This document shows positions 10,385 through 19,055 of a stretch of DNA of 64,000 bases, piece after piece. The translations under genes were made by a program, and so were the position numbers. This DNA is from Thermoplasmata archaeon. GTDB taxonomy: Archaea > Thermoplasmatota > Thermoplasmata > Lutacidiplasmatales > SKW197. The notes beneath the pieces were generated by a model. It saw nothing but the letters and a program-made list of their open reading frames with translations, had not been told where the DNA came from and searched no databases. The DNA lies in the NCBI GenBank assembly GCA_026414225.1, contig JAOAJK010000005.1, positions 10,609-74,608 on the forward strand. Reading direction: 5' to 3'. The stretch's first letter is position 1. The number at the start of each line of letters is the position of its first letter.

Positions 10385-11305
10385 ATGTTTCAGGTTCCTG
10401 ATCTCTATGAGGAATGTTTTACCCTCGTGAAGCAGATTCCTGCGGGAATGGTTTCCACATATGGAATTCTTGCAAAAGCCCTCGGAGATGAGATTGCGGC
10501 AAGGGCAGTGGGGCAAATGCTGGGGGAGAACCAGAATTCTTTTTTAAGGAGCGACTTGCCGGAGGAAAAACTCATTCCCTGCCACCGCGTGGTGTATGCG
10601 GATGGAAGAATCGGGGGTTTCACATCCGAAAAAGGGGTGGAGGATAAAATCAGATTGCTGGAGCGCGAGGGGGTGAGGGTTCAGGACGGGAAAGTTGCAG
10701 ATTTCCGGGAAAAACTTTTCCAGGATTTTGTTTCCTCGGAGCCCCTGAAAAGGTTGAGGGGCGAGCAGGAGAAACTTGCAGAAAAAATCTGGCTAGAGGA
10801 TGACTTCACGCTCGGGGAATTCGGGATTCTGGATGTGGCATACAGGGGCAGGAGAGGTTACTGTGCAATGGTGGTGTTTGACCTCAATGGAAGCCAGAGG
10901 ACAACCTTCGCGGCAACCGCGGAGATAAACTTCCCGTACATTCCCACATACCTTGCCTACAGGGAACTGCCCATGATACTGAAGGTACTGGAATACTACC
11001 GCCCATCGCTCCTTTTGATAGATGGAAACGGCATCCTGCATCCAAGAAAGATGGGGATTGCTGCCCATGCGGGGGTTGTGGCGGAGATCCCGTGCATCGG
11101 GGCTGCAAAGTCGCTGCTGGGGGGCCAGCTCGAAGGGGAGAAAATCTTCATCAGAGGGGAGCATGTGGGCTACAAGTGCGGGAAATACTATGTCTCACCC
11201 GGACACAGGGTTTCCATCGAAAGTGCGAGAAAGATTGTGGAACGGTATTCTCACCTGATTCCTTTGGCACACGGAGCCGCGAAGAGGACCGCAATCCTCA
11301 AATAA
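10385..11305 (+). CDS. O6-alkylguanine-DNA alkyltransferase / endonuclease V fusion (AGT-EndoV)
   Basis: N-terminal ARAVG and PCHRVV; C-terminal DVAY, FPYIPTYLAYRE, DGNGILHPR, GAAKS, YVSPGH. Confidence 0.92.
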   Translation: MFQVPDLYEECFTLVKQIPAGMVSTYGILAKALGDEIAARAVGQMLGENQNSFLRSDLPEEKLIPCHRVVYADGRIGGFTSEKGVEDKIRLLEREGVRVQDGKVADFREKLFQDFVSSEPLKRLRGEQEKLAEKIWLEDDFTLGEFGILDVAYRGRRGYCAMVVFDLNGSQRTTFAATAEINFPYIPTYLAYRELPMILKVLEYYRPSLLLIDGNGILHPRKMGIAAHAGVVAEIPCIGAAKSLLGGQLEGEKIFIRGEHVGYKCGKYYVSPGHRVSIESARKIVERYSHLIPLAHGAAKRTAILK

Positions 11306-11756
11306 TGTTCTTCAGCACATCTTCCAGCATCCGCTCACAGTACTTGCACCTGTACTTAACCGGCTTTTCCGAAACGAGAATAAAATCATGCTCCACTGGC
11401 TCTCCCGTGTTACTGATGCAATTGGGATTGGGGCATTTCATGATGCCCTTCGCCCTCTTCGGCAAACTTGCCTTGATCTTCTCCTTAACCTCGCCTTTTT
11501 CTATGATGCTGATCGTGGCACCCGGTGCAATCAACGCAATCTTATCCACCTCTGACTTCTTCAGTTCCCTCTCCTCAATCTTCAAGATGTCCTTCCAGCC
11601 AAGCTTATTGGAACGCACATGGATACCCAGGCTCACCGTGTACTTTATCTCCTGGACATCGAGCCCGAGAACCTTCAGCACCTTGAGACCCATGCCCGCG
11701 GGAATGTGGTCTATGACCGTGCCTTTCACGATCGGTGTGATTTTCAATTCACGCAT
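11298..11756 (-). CDS. pyrI: Aspartate carbamoyltransferase regulatory chain
   Basis: GTVIDHIPAG, KDILKIE, CPNPNCI...CKYC; overlaps the pyrB stop. Confidence 0.96.
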   Translation of the reverse strand: MRELKITPIVKGTVIDHIPAGMGLKVLKVLGLDVQEIKYTVSLGIHVRSNKLGWKDILKIEERELKKSEVDKIALIAPGATISIIEKGEVKEKIKASLPKRAKGIMKCPNPNCISNTGEPVEHDFILVSEKPVKYRCKYCERMLEDVLKNII

Positions 11757-12699
11757 CCATCTCACCTCCGAGCAGCAGGAGGAGAAGTGCCATTCTCACA
11801 GGCACTCCATTGAACGCCTGCTCAAAGTACATCGCGTGCTTTGTGGCATCTACATCAGGCGAGATTTCATTCACCCTTGGCAGGGGATGCATCACGATCG
11901 CATGCTTCTTTGCCCTTTCCAGCATCCTGGCATCCAGACGGAAGATGCCCGCGACCTTGTTGTATTCCTGGATGTCCGGGAAACGCTCCCTCTGGATCCG
12001 CGTCATGTAAAACACATCACACGACTCTATGACTTCCTCAAGGGCATTAAATTTCTGGGTTTTTGCACCCATTTCCTCAAGCGGGCCTATGATATGGTCT
12101 GGCATCTGCAGGGTTTCCGGGGCTACGAAGTAGAGATTTGCATTGAATTTTGCAAGGGCATGGGCGAGCGAGTGAACCGTCCTGCCATACTTCAAATCCC
12201 CGATGAGGGCTACATTTATATCTTCCAGTTTTCCCAGTTTCTCCTTCATTGTAAAGAGGTCGAGAAGTGTCTGGGTCGGATGCTGTCCCGCCCCATCACC
12301 TGCGTTAATAACTGGCTTGTCGGAAAACTCGGCAGCGAGCCGTGCCGCGCCCTCGTACTTGTGCCTGATGACAATCACATCGCTGTAGCTCGCGAGCATC
12401 CGCACCGTGTCCGCCAGCGTTTCACCCTTTGCCACCGAGGTGGTGGTTGCCTCCGAGAAACCCAGGCATTTACCGCCGAGCCGCAACATGGCTGATTCAA
12501 AAGAAAGCCGGGTCCTCGTGCTCGGCTCGAAGAAAGCCGTGCCCAGGATTTTGCCTTCGAGCGGTTTCACAACCCTTTTGCCCCGGGCAATGTCAACCAT
12601 CTTTTTCGCTGTCTGGAGAATGTGTTCAATTTCCTCGTTGCTCAGCTCCCTGATGGACACGATGTCCTTTCCGATAAAATCCTTATCCTGCATCAACAC
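11749..12699 (-). CDS. pyrB: Aspartate carbamoyltransferase catalytic chain
   Basis: FFEPSTRTRLSF, HPTQTLLD, GDLKYGRTVHSL, MHPLPR. Confidence 0.97.
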   Translation of the reverse strand: MLMQDKDFIGKDIVSIRELSNEEIEHILQTAKKMVDIARGKRVVKPLEGKILGTAFFEPSTRTRLSFESAMLRLGGKCLGFSEATTTSVAKGETLADTVRMLASYSDVIVIRHKYEGAARLAAEFSDKPVINAGDGAGQHPTQTLLDLFTMKEKLGKLEDINVALIGDLKYGRTVHSLAHALAKFNANLYFVAPETLQMPDHIIGPLEEMGAKTQKFNALEEVIESCDVFYMTRIQRERFPDIQEYNKVAGIFRLDARMLERAKKHAIVMHPLPRVNEISPDVDATKHAMYFEQAFNGVPVRMALLLLLLGGEMDA

Positions 12700-12769
12700 C
12701 CAAATGTATGTATGATATAAAGGTTTTCAGCGCCCTGCAACCCCATGCAGTCCAGCAACGCAGACTGGC

Positions 12770-13930
12770 TCACTGGTCTTTCCTGACCCTTTCCACAATT
12801 GCAAGAAGTTTCTCATCGCTCACATACCCCTCCCTTGTTCCCGCGCTCTTGACTTCGAGAAGCACTTTCTCAATTTCTTCCTCAGAAATCTGGAGCCCGT
12901 GCCTCTGAAGCTTTGCCCTGAGGACACCCCTCCCGGAGTGTTTCCCGAGCAGGATTCTCCGTTCCTTTGCAAGCACTGAAGGAGACACTGGCTCGTAGGT
13001 GAAGGGATTTTCAAGCACTGCAATTGCATGGATGCCAGAGGCATGGGTGAAGATGTTTTCGCCAATCCATGGCTGGTTTTTGTTAATCGGGAGTTTGGTA
13101 TGCGTGCTCACAACCTCCGCAACCTTCTGGAGTTTCGAAGGGTCTATTCCTGTCTCCACTCCACGCATGTATTTGGCTGCCATCACGAACTGTTCAAGCG
13201 AGAGATTCCCTGTCCGCTCGCCGATGCCCATCACCGTGACTGCGAAAGCATCTGCACCCGCATCGAGCCCTGCAAGGGCATTTGCACATGCAAGCCCGAA
13301 ATCATTGTGGAGGTGAAGGGAAACGGGCAGGTTGTAGCTTGTTTTTAGCGTCCTCACGAGAAAGGTTATGGCTCCAGGGTCTGCACATCCCACCGTATCG
13401 GTGATACCTATCCGCCGCACACCCTGTTCAGATGCCATTCCGTAGATTTCATGGAGAAAATCGATTTCAGTTCTCGTTGTGTCCTCAGTGCTGAAGCACA
13501 CATTGAGACCCAGATTTCTTGCATACTCGATGCTTTTCCTCGCAGCTTCCAGAATCTCTCCCTTCGTCATTTTCAATTTCCAGCGTCTGTGCAGTTCCGA
13601 GGTGGCAATGAACAGCAACACAAGGTCTATGTTGCACTCGGCACAGGCCTCAATATCTTCCTTCCTGCATCTTGAAAGCCCGAGAATTTTTGCACTGGTT
13701 GTGTGTTTTATCTCCTTGATTGCAATTCGTTCCTCCTCTGAAACCGCCGGATACCCTGCCTCTATCTCCCTCACGCCAGCATCTGCCAGTGCATGGGCAA
13801 TCTCCAGTTTCTGCTCCGTTGTGAAGGCGATGCCCGGCATCTGCTCTCCATCACGGAGCGTTGTATCATAGACAATTACCTCACGCTTTCGCTCGGGAGT
13901 TCTGTTGTACGGGCTCAGGGCTGCGTCCAT
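12770..13930 (-). CDS. Homocitrate/isopropylmalate synthase-family (DRE-TIM) enzyme lacking the C-terminal regulatory domain
   Basis: DTTLRDGEQ, HLHNDFG, GIGERTGN, HASGIH, LGKHSG. Confidence 0.9.
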   Translation of the reverse strand: MDAALSPYNRTPERKREVIVYDTTLRDGEQMPGIAFTTEQKLEIAHALADAGVREIEAGYPAVSEEERIAIKEIKHTTSAKILGLSRCRKEDIEACAECNIDLVLLFIATSELHRRWKLKMTKGEILEAARKSIEYARNLGLNVCFSTEDTTRTEIDFLHEIYGMASEQGVRRIGITDTVGCADPGAITFLVRTLKTSYNLPVSLHLHNDFGLACANALAGLDAGADAFAVTVMGIGERTGNLSLEQFVMAAKYMRGVETGIDPSKLQKVAEVVSTHTKLPINKNQPWIGENIFTHASGIHAIAVLENPFTYEPVSPSVLAKERRILLGKHSGRGVLRAKLQRHGLQISEEEIEKVLLEVKSAGTREGYVSDEKLLAIVERVRKDQ

Positions 13931-13956
13931 TTTCTGACCTCTGGTTTTTGTTTTTC

Positions 13957-14045
13957 TGGCGCTGAGGAGGAGATTTGAACTCCTGAGGGCTTTTGGCCCA
14001 CTAGATCTCGAGTCTAGCGCCTTAGCCGGGCTAGGCTACCTCAGC
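13957..14045 (-). tRNA. tRNA-Ser(CGA), CCA encoded
   Basis: GCTGAGG acceptor stem, anticodon arm CTAGA-CTCGAGA-TCTAG, long variable arm, GTTCAAAT T-loop, GCCA end. Confidence 0.95.
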
Positions 14046-14093
14046 ATCCAGCACACTGGTGCCAGCCTTGAATCACTTCTTGAGAAATTGAAG

Positions 14094-14167
14094 TGCAGGT
14101 GCCGGGATTTGAACCCGGGCAATTAGCTTGGAGGGCTAATATCCTAGCCAGACTAGATCACACCTGC
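14094..14167 (-). tRNA. tRNA-Gly(TCC)
   Basis: GCAGGTG/CACCTGC acceptor, anticodon arm TTAGC-CCTCCAA-GCTAA, GTTCAAAT T-loop. Confidence 0.95.
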
Positions 14168-14187
14168 TCGATTTCTGATATAATGAA

Positions 14188-14200
14188 GGGTATATAGAGG
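14188..14200 (-). promoter_or_regulatory. TATA box for tRNA-Gly/tRNA-Ser
   Basis: TATATA at 14191-14196, about 24 nt upstream of the tRNA-Gly 5' end. Confidence 0.55.
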
Positions 14201-14229
14201 TTACGATTTCAATGTCTGGCATTTTGGTT

Positions 14230-16167
14230 TCATGCCTCTTCTTCTTCGGTTTCCTCTTCCTCGGCTGCTTCCTTCCGCTTCCCGAACCTGTGGAGCAGGA
14301 GCATGTTTGCCGCCTCCATTATGTCGTCCTGGGTAACATGGTCTCGTCCTTCAAATGCCGCATTTGTCCTTGCAATCTCATCCACAAGCACATCCACATT
14401 GGTTCCCTGTTTATCGAGCACGCACATTCTGGCAATCACCGCCATCATCTTGTTCGAAATGGTCACGGTTGGAAGGATTGACCGCGCCTTCATTATCTTG
14501 GATGTGAGCTCCTCCTCGTCCTTTGCATATTTGTCCCTGAATTTTTCAGGGTCCTTGTTGAACTCCCGGACCCTCTTAATCACCTCTATTCTCTGCTCCA
14601 GGTCCTTTATCGACTCCACATGCACATGGAGCGCCATCCTGTTCAGGATGTGGAGAACTTCCTCCTCCTCGGGCTTCAAATTTTCAACCACAACCATCGG
14701 GTGGGAGTTGTTGAGCCTCTCGGTGTGGATGCTCAGGCAGGCGTTGTTGAGAACCGTATCAATCATATAGGTTGCCTGCCCGTTTTTCGAGAAAATGTTG
14801 CCTGTGAGATACCTATCTTCCTCCCACCATTCCTTCAGGACCGTACCCGAAGTAGCATCAACGGAGATAATCTGTTCCTTGATTTCCGATAGACAGTGGG
14901 CGAGGCCGAGCACCGCGGTGTATTTTCCATTCCCCTCATTTCCCCAGATGAGCACCCCTCCTATCTTCGGGTTGATTGCACTCAGGATGAGGGCCCTCTT
15001 CATGTTCTCCTGCCCCACAATTGCGGTGAAAGGATAAGGGGTCTTCTTTATTTTCCTGCTCAGCACGCCATATGCTCCTCTCTGCAAAAATTTGGCTTTA
15101 ATCTCTGCCTCAATTGTCTTCCGCATCTCCTCCGCTTTCTTCTCCATCTTTTCCTGATATGCCTTTTCAAGTCCCTCCTGCTTCTTCTTGTATTCAATCT
15201 CATAGCTTTCCTTCAGCTGTTCCGTTTTCTTCGCAAACTCAAGTTCCAGCTGTGCCCGGATTGCATTCTCCATTTTCTTGAGTTCATTCTCCATTTCCTT
15301 TTCAAGCCGCTCTTCCTTGGTTCTGTATTCAATCTCAAGCTTGTTCCGGATCTCCTCCTCGTGTTTCTTGAATTCAAGTTCCATCTTTGCCCTGATGGAC
15401 TCCTCGGCTTTCCTTATCTCCATGTTCATTTCGCGCTCTCTTTCCTGGTCCCTTGCCTTGAATTCAAGCTCGAGCTTTGTCCGTATGTCCTCCTCCTTCT
15501 TCTTCAGTTCAAGTTCCATCCTTGAACGCAGGTTGCTCTCTGCGTCCTCCAGCTTTGCGGCCATCTGCTCTGCAAGTTCCTCCTCCTTCTTCTTCAGTTC
15601 CATCTCACTCCTTGTGCGCAGCTCCTCCTCCCTCTTCTTGAGCTCCAGTTCCATTTTAGACCGGAGGTTCTCCTCAGCTTTCCGCATCTCTTCTGCGAAC
15701 TTCTGGGCACGGATTTCCTCCGCCTTCTTTGCTTCCAGCTCAAATCTCTCCTTGAGCTCGTCCTCCTTCTTCCTGAGTTCCAGTTCAAGTTTCGCCTTCA
15801 TTGCTTCTATTTCTTCCTCCAGCTTCTCCCGGTATTGCTCTGCAATCTCCTTCTCACTTTCCTTAAGCTGGGCTTCAAATGTTTTTCTCAGTTCCACCTC
15901 CTTTGCAGCAATCTCAGCGCTCATTTTCGCCCTGGCTTCCTCGAACGTCTTGGAACGGATTTCTTCCTCCCTCTTCTTAAAATCCTGTTCCAGCTTGGAG
16001 ATTACATGGGCTTCAATTCCCTTGCGGAGAGCTTTTTCCCGCTCCGCAAACTCGTCTTCCAACTTTTTTCTGAGTTCCTCGGTTTTCTTTTTGATGCCTT
16101 CAGCAATCTTTTTCTGGATGAATTTCATCTCAACATCTTCTTCAGATTCCATTTCATCTTCGGGCAT
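14230..16167 (-). CDS. 15-residue-repeat charged helical stalk fused to a degenerate ChlI-type AAA+ domain
   Basis: About 360 aa of E/K-rich repeats, then [30 protein letters not shown]. Walker A reads GNEGNGKY and the Walker B region reads YMIDT. Confidence 0.85.
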   Translation of the reverse strand: MPEDEMESEEDVEMKFIQKKIAEGIKKKTEELRKKLEDEFAEREKALRKGIEAHVISKLEQDFKKREEEIRSKTFEEARAKMSAEIAAKEVELRKTFEAQLKESEKEIAEQYREKLEEEIEAMKAKLELELRKKEDELKERFELEAKKAEEIRAQKFAEEMRKAEENLRSKMELELKKREEELRTRSEMELKKKEEELAEQMAAKLEDAESNLRSRMELELKKKEEDIRTKLELEFKARDQEREREMNMEIRKAEESIRAKMELEFKKHEEEIRNKLEIEYRTKEERLEKEMENELKKMENAIRAQLELEFAKKTEQLKESYEIEYKKKQEGLEKAYQEKMEKKAEEMRKTIEAEIKAKFLQRGAYGVLSRKIKKTPYPFTAIVGQENMKRALILSAINPKIGGVLIWGNEGNGKYTAVLGLAHCLSEIKEQIISVDATSGTVLKEWWEEDRYLTGNIFSKNGQATYMIDTVLNNACLSIHTERLNNSHPMVVVENLKPEEEEVLHILNRMALHVHVESIKDLEQRIEVIKRVREFNKDPEKFRDKYAKDEEELTSKIMKARSILPTVTISNKMMAVIARMCVLDKQGTNVDVLVDEIARTNAAFEGRDHVTQDDIMEAANMLLLHRFGKRKEAAEEEETEEEEA

Positions 16168-16227
16168 AATTCACCACGAGCAAGCAAATACTTCCAAATA
16201 CTTATTTGTATCGGAATGCCAACCGCT

Positions 16228-17061
16228 TTACCCGTGCAAAAATTTCCTGTTGGCCTCCAGCATCCGGTTTTCCATACCCAGAAATTCTGCGAAGGTGTAA
16301 ATTTCTGGGTGGTCGTAAACTGCCCTACAACGCTCCCTGTATGCGAGGTCCCGCAGGAGATGGTGGTCAAGAATAATTCTAGCACCAGTTTTCTCGACAA
16401 TTCTCACCATGTTGGCATTGGCCCGTTCCAGGTCCCTTGCACTGAACTTCCACCCGAGAAAGTAGGAAGGTGGACCATCAATAACGAGGATGTCGGGTTC
16501 CATCTCTATCAGGATATCGGCGCTTTCTTCAACGATGGGCCCCTGCACATCGGAGGCATGGACCAGCACTTCTCCCTTCGCCTCTATTCTGGTCGCAACA
16601 ACAAAACCCAGCTTGCTCCTTTCATTGCCATGTGGTAACGGTCTCGAGAAGGAAATTTTCGTGTTACCAATGCCGAACTCCTGTCCATCGCAGATAACCA
16701 GCTCTGCCCTTCTGTCAAACTTCTCAAAAAAGAATGCCGCTCTTTCTTTCTGGCTCCTGTTTATGTTTTTCTTCGGATCTTTCACAAAAACCTTTTTTCC
16801 AGCCCAGAAATTCTCATCCGGGTCATGGTGATCATAGTGGTAGTGGGAAATCACGAACGCATCGCAATCCATTGCCTTTTCCCGGATTTCCCTTTTGAAT
16901 TTATCAAGTGCCTCCCACTCTTCTGGAACAGGGGGTAGCCCGTAACGGCTCGGTCCAAGGGCAGCACTCGGGTCTATGAGCACCGCCAGATCTTCAGTTT
17001 CCACAAAGACGCAGAGCGAGCGAACACCCATTGAATCCGAGCAAACGGGCCTCACAATCAC
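16228..17061 (-). CDS. Archaeal MBL-fold metallo-hydrolase (UPF0282-like)
   Basis: DSMGVRS, IDPSAALGPSRYGLPP, SHYHYDHH, SDVQGP, LDHHLLRD. Confidence 0.85.
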   Translation of the reverse strand: MIVRPVCSDSMGVRSLCVFVETEDLAVLIDPSAALGPSRYGLPPVPEEWEALDKFKREIREKAMDCDAFVISHYHYDHHDPDENFWAGKKVFVKDPKKNINRSQKERAAFFFEKFDRRAELVICDGQEFGIGNTKISFSRPLPHGNERSKLGFVVATRIEAKGEVLVHASDVQGPIVEESADILIEMEPDILVIDGPPSYFLGWKFSARDLERANANMVRIVEKTGARIILDHHLLRDLAYRERCRAVYDHPEIYTFAEFLGMENRMLEANRKFLHG

Positions 17062-18521
17062 TTTTTCTTCTCCTCCCTCACCCTGATGTCCTCGGACACA
17101 TCCGCGAGCCGCTTTGCAAGCTCCAGATAGAAACCATCGAAATCAAGGTTTCTGCGGATAACAAGCTTCGCCGCATCCGGGCTTCCACCACCGTGCATGC
17201 ACCCTGGAACCCCGAGTCCCATCGTAGCATACTCGATCAGCCGCGCAACTCTCAGGCGGGATTCGGCACTCGCCTTTCCCTTGCAGTATTTTTTCACAAG
17301 CTTCCCGAGCTCGGGATGCATGAAGTCCTGGTAGGAGGGCACACACCCAACTTCCCCAATCCCTCCTGCAATCTCCTGGCATATCACCGACTGTTCGTAG
17401 GGCAGGGTAGCCACATGGATCTTGGTTACCGATGAGAGGAGGTCATCAGGGAAGAATGCCCCGCTCTCATGCTTTTTTCCCAGGGCACACGCGGCAGCCC
17501 CGCAACCGAACAGAGTTTCGTTCATCACGCCCATCCTTGTCAGCTTTTCGTTGAAGGGTTTACTCCCCAGCCCATTGATGTGCGACATTGCAACCGCGGA
17601 ACCAATCTTTATGTCGCCCTGCCCGGCAACGCACCCGCCCATCGTGCTCCGCTCACACGCAGCAAACCGCATAACGCAGGGTCCAGCAAACTCCGTGGTT
17701 TCAAGGAAGAAAATTCTGTCCTCAGGAACAAAAACATCGTTGAAGAATATCCAGCTCTCGGAAACCCCTCCCTTCTCACAGCCCTTATCAAACCCATCTT
17801 CGAGCTTTCTTGTCTCACCAGTTCGCCGGTTCTCGATAAGCACCAGGTTTTCTGCGTCTCTTGGGATAGCAAAAGCCACCGCATACTCTTTCTCATCCTC
17901 CCTGAGCCCCGTCGTTGGCATCACAATAAGCTCATTTGCAGCGACCGCACCAGAAATCATCACCTTCGCACCTCGGACCACTACCCCGTTGCCCCGTTTT
18001 TCCACAACATGGAGATAGGCATCCTTGTCCTCCTGCTGCCCCGGTGATAGGGCCCTGTTACCCTTTGCATCCGTGATTGCCCCTGCGATAGCCAAATCTT
18101 CATTCTGGGCAAATTCAAGCCATTTTCTAAATCGGGTATGATAGTCAGTGCCGTGCTTCTTGTCAATTTCGTAAGTGGTTGCCCAGAGTGCATTGATTCC
18201 GCTCCAGCCGACACACCTTCCGCCGGTGCAGGTGCCTGTTTGCTGGAACATCAACCGCTTGATCTTTATGTTGGCAATTGCATCGTCCCTGGTTTCCATC
18301 ACCGAAAGGTAGCGGTTAATTTTTTTTCTAGTAAGATTGGAAGTTGTTGTGAGAAGTTCCTGGTACTCCGGCATCAGTGCCATCTCGTAAATTCTTGCCA
18401 CACCTTTGATTGTGTATTTTGTCGTGCCGTGGGTCGTGACATCCTCGATCAACTTTCCAAACTGGTAAACATTGCTCCGCATTTTTCTGATGCTCTCAAC
18501 ATACTCCTCTGCTGTCTTCAT
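17058..18521 (-). CDS. 4-hydroxybutyryl-CoA dehydratase / 4-HPA hydroxylase-family flavoprotein (divergent)
   Basis: MKTAEEYVES start, TGTCTGGRCVG, AITDAKGNR, VRGAK, MHGGGSP. Confidence 0.85.
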   Translation of the reverse strand: MKTAEEYVESIRKMRSNVYQFGKLIEDVTTHGTTKYTIKGVARIYEMALMPEYQELLTTTSNLTRKKINRYLSVMETRDDAIANIKIKRLMFQQTGTCTGGRCVGWSGINALWATTYEIDKKHGTDYHTRFRKWLEFAQNEDLAIAGAITDAKGNRALSPGQQEDKDAYLHVVEKRGNGVVVRGAKVMISGAVAANELIVMPTTGLREDEKEYAVAFAIPRDAENLVLIENRRTGETRKLEDGFDKGCEKGGVSESWIFFNDVFVPEDRIFFLETTEFAGPCVMRFAACERSTMGGCVAGQGDIKIGSAVAMSHINGLGSKPFNEKLTRMGVMNETLFGCGAAACALGKKHESGAFFPDDLLSSVTKIHVATLPYEQSVICQEIAGGIGEVGCVPSYQDFMHPELGKLVKKYCKGKASAESRLRVARLIEYATMGLGVPGCMHGGGSPDAAKLVIRRNLDFDGFYLELAKRLADVSEDIRVREEKKK

Positions 18522-18638
18522 GATTGGTGGAAGGCAGGGAAAAAGATAAAGGTTTAGGTAACGGTAGGTTGGATCAACATTTGGCACCTGCAATAACCTT
18601 AAAATACCATCCTCCATTTACATTTTATCGGTGTTTGG

Positions 18639-19046
18639 ATGCCTTCAAAGACCAAGAGGAAAACCAGAATAATGATTGACAAGGAGAAATGCACGGGTTG
18701 CAAAGCCTGCATGCTTGCATGCGCTGTGAAGCATACTGGAAGATACTCTACATCGATGGCGAGAATCTGGGTGAACGAGATTGACGAGATGGTGGTTGTT
18801 CCCAATGTGTGCAGGCATTGCGTTGCTCCCGCATGCATGCGGGCGTGCAGTGCTGGGGCGATAAAAAAGGAAGGAGAACTTGTAGTTCTGGACATCAAAA
18901 AATGCACGGGATGCAGGGCATGCGTGGATGCCTGTCCGTTCGGGGCGATAAAATACTCGGAAAAATTGAAGAAAGCGTTGAAGTGCGACCTATGCGATGG
19001 AGAGCCAGAATGCATAAAGGCCTGCATACCCGGGGCAATCTATTGA
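18639..19046 (+). CDS. Multi-[4Fe-4S] electron-transfer subunit associated with AOR
   Basis: CTGCKACMLAC, CRHCVAPACMRAC, CTGCRACVDACP, KCDLC...C...CIP. Confidence 0.92.
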   Translation: MPSKTKRKTRIMIDKEKCTGCKACMLACAVKHTGRYSTSMARIWVNEIDEMVVVPNVCRHCVAPACMRACSAGAIKKEGELVVLDIKKCTGCRACVDACPFGAIKYSEKLKKALKCDLCDGEPECIKACIPGAIY

Positions 19047-19055
19047 GGTGAAAGA

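Noticed and set aside
4436-10516. Many 60-300 aa minus-strand ORFs
   Set aside because: Shadows of the giant helical-repeat gene caused by its codon bias.
11092-12495. 467-aa ORF on the + strand
   Set aside because: Antisense shadow of pyrB/pyrI with no recognisable motifs.
15278-16638. Long Ser/Phe/Leu-rich + strand ORFs
   Set aside because: Reverse-complement artefacts of the E/K-rich repeat gene.
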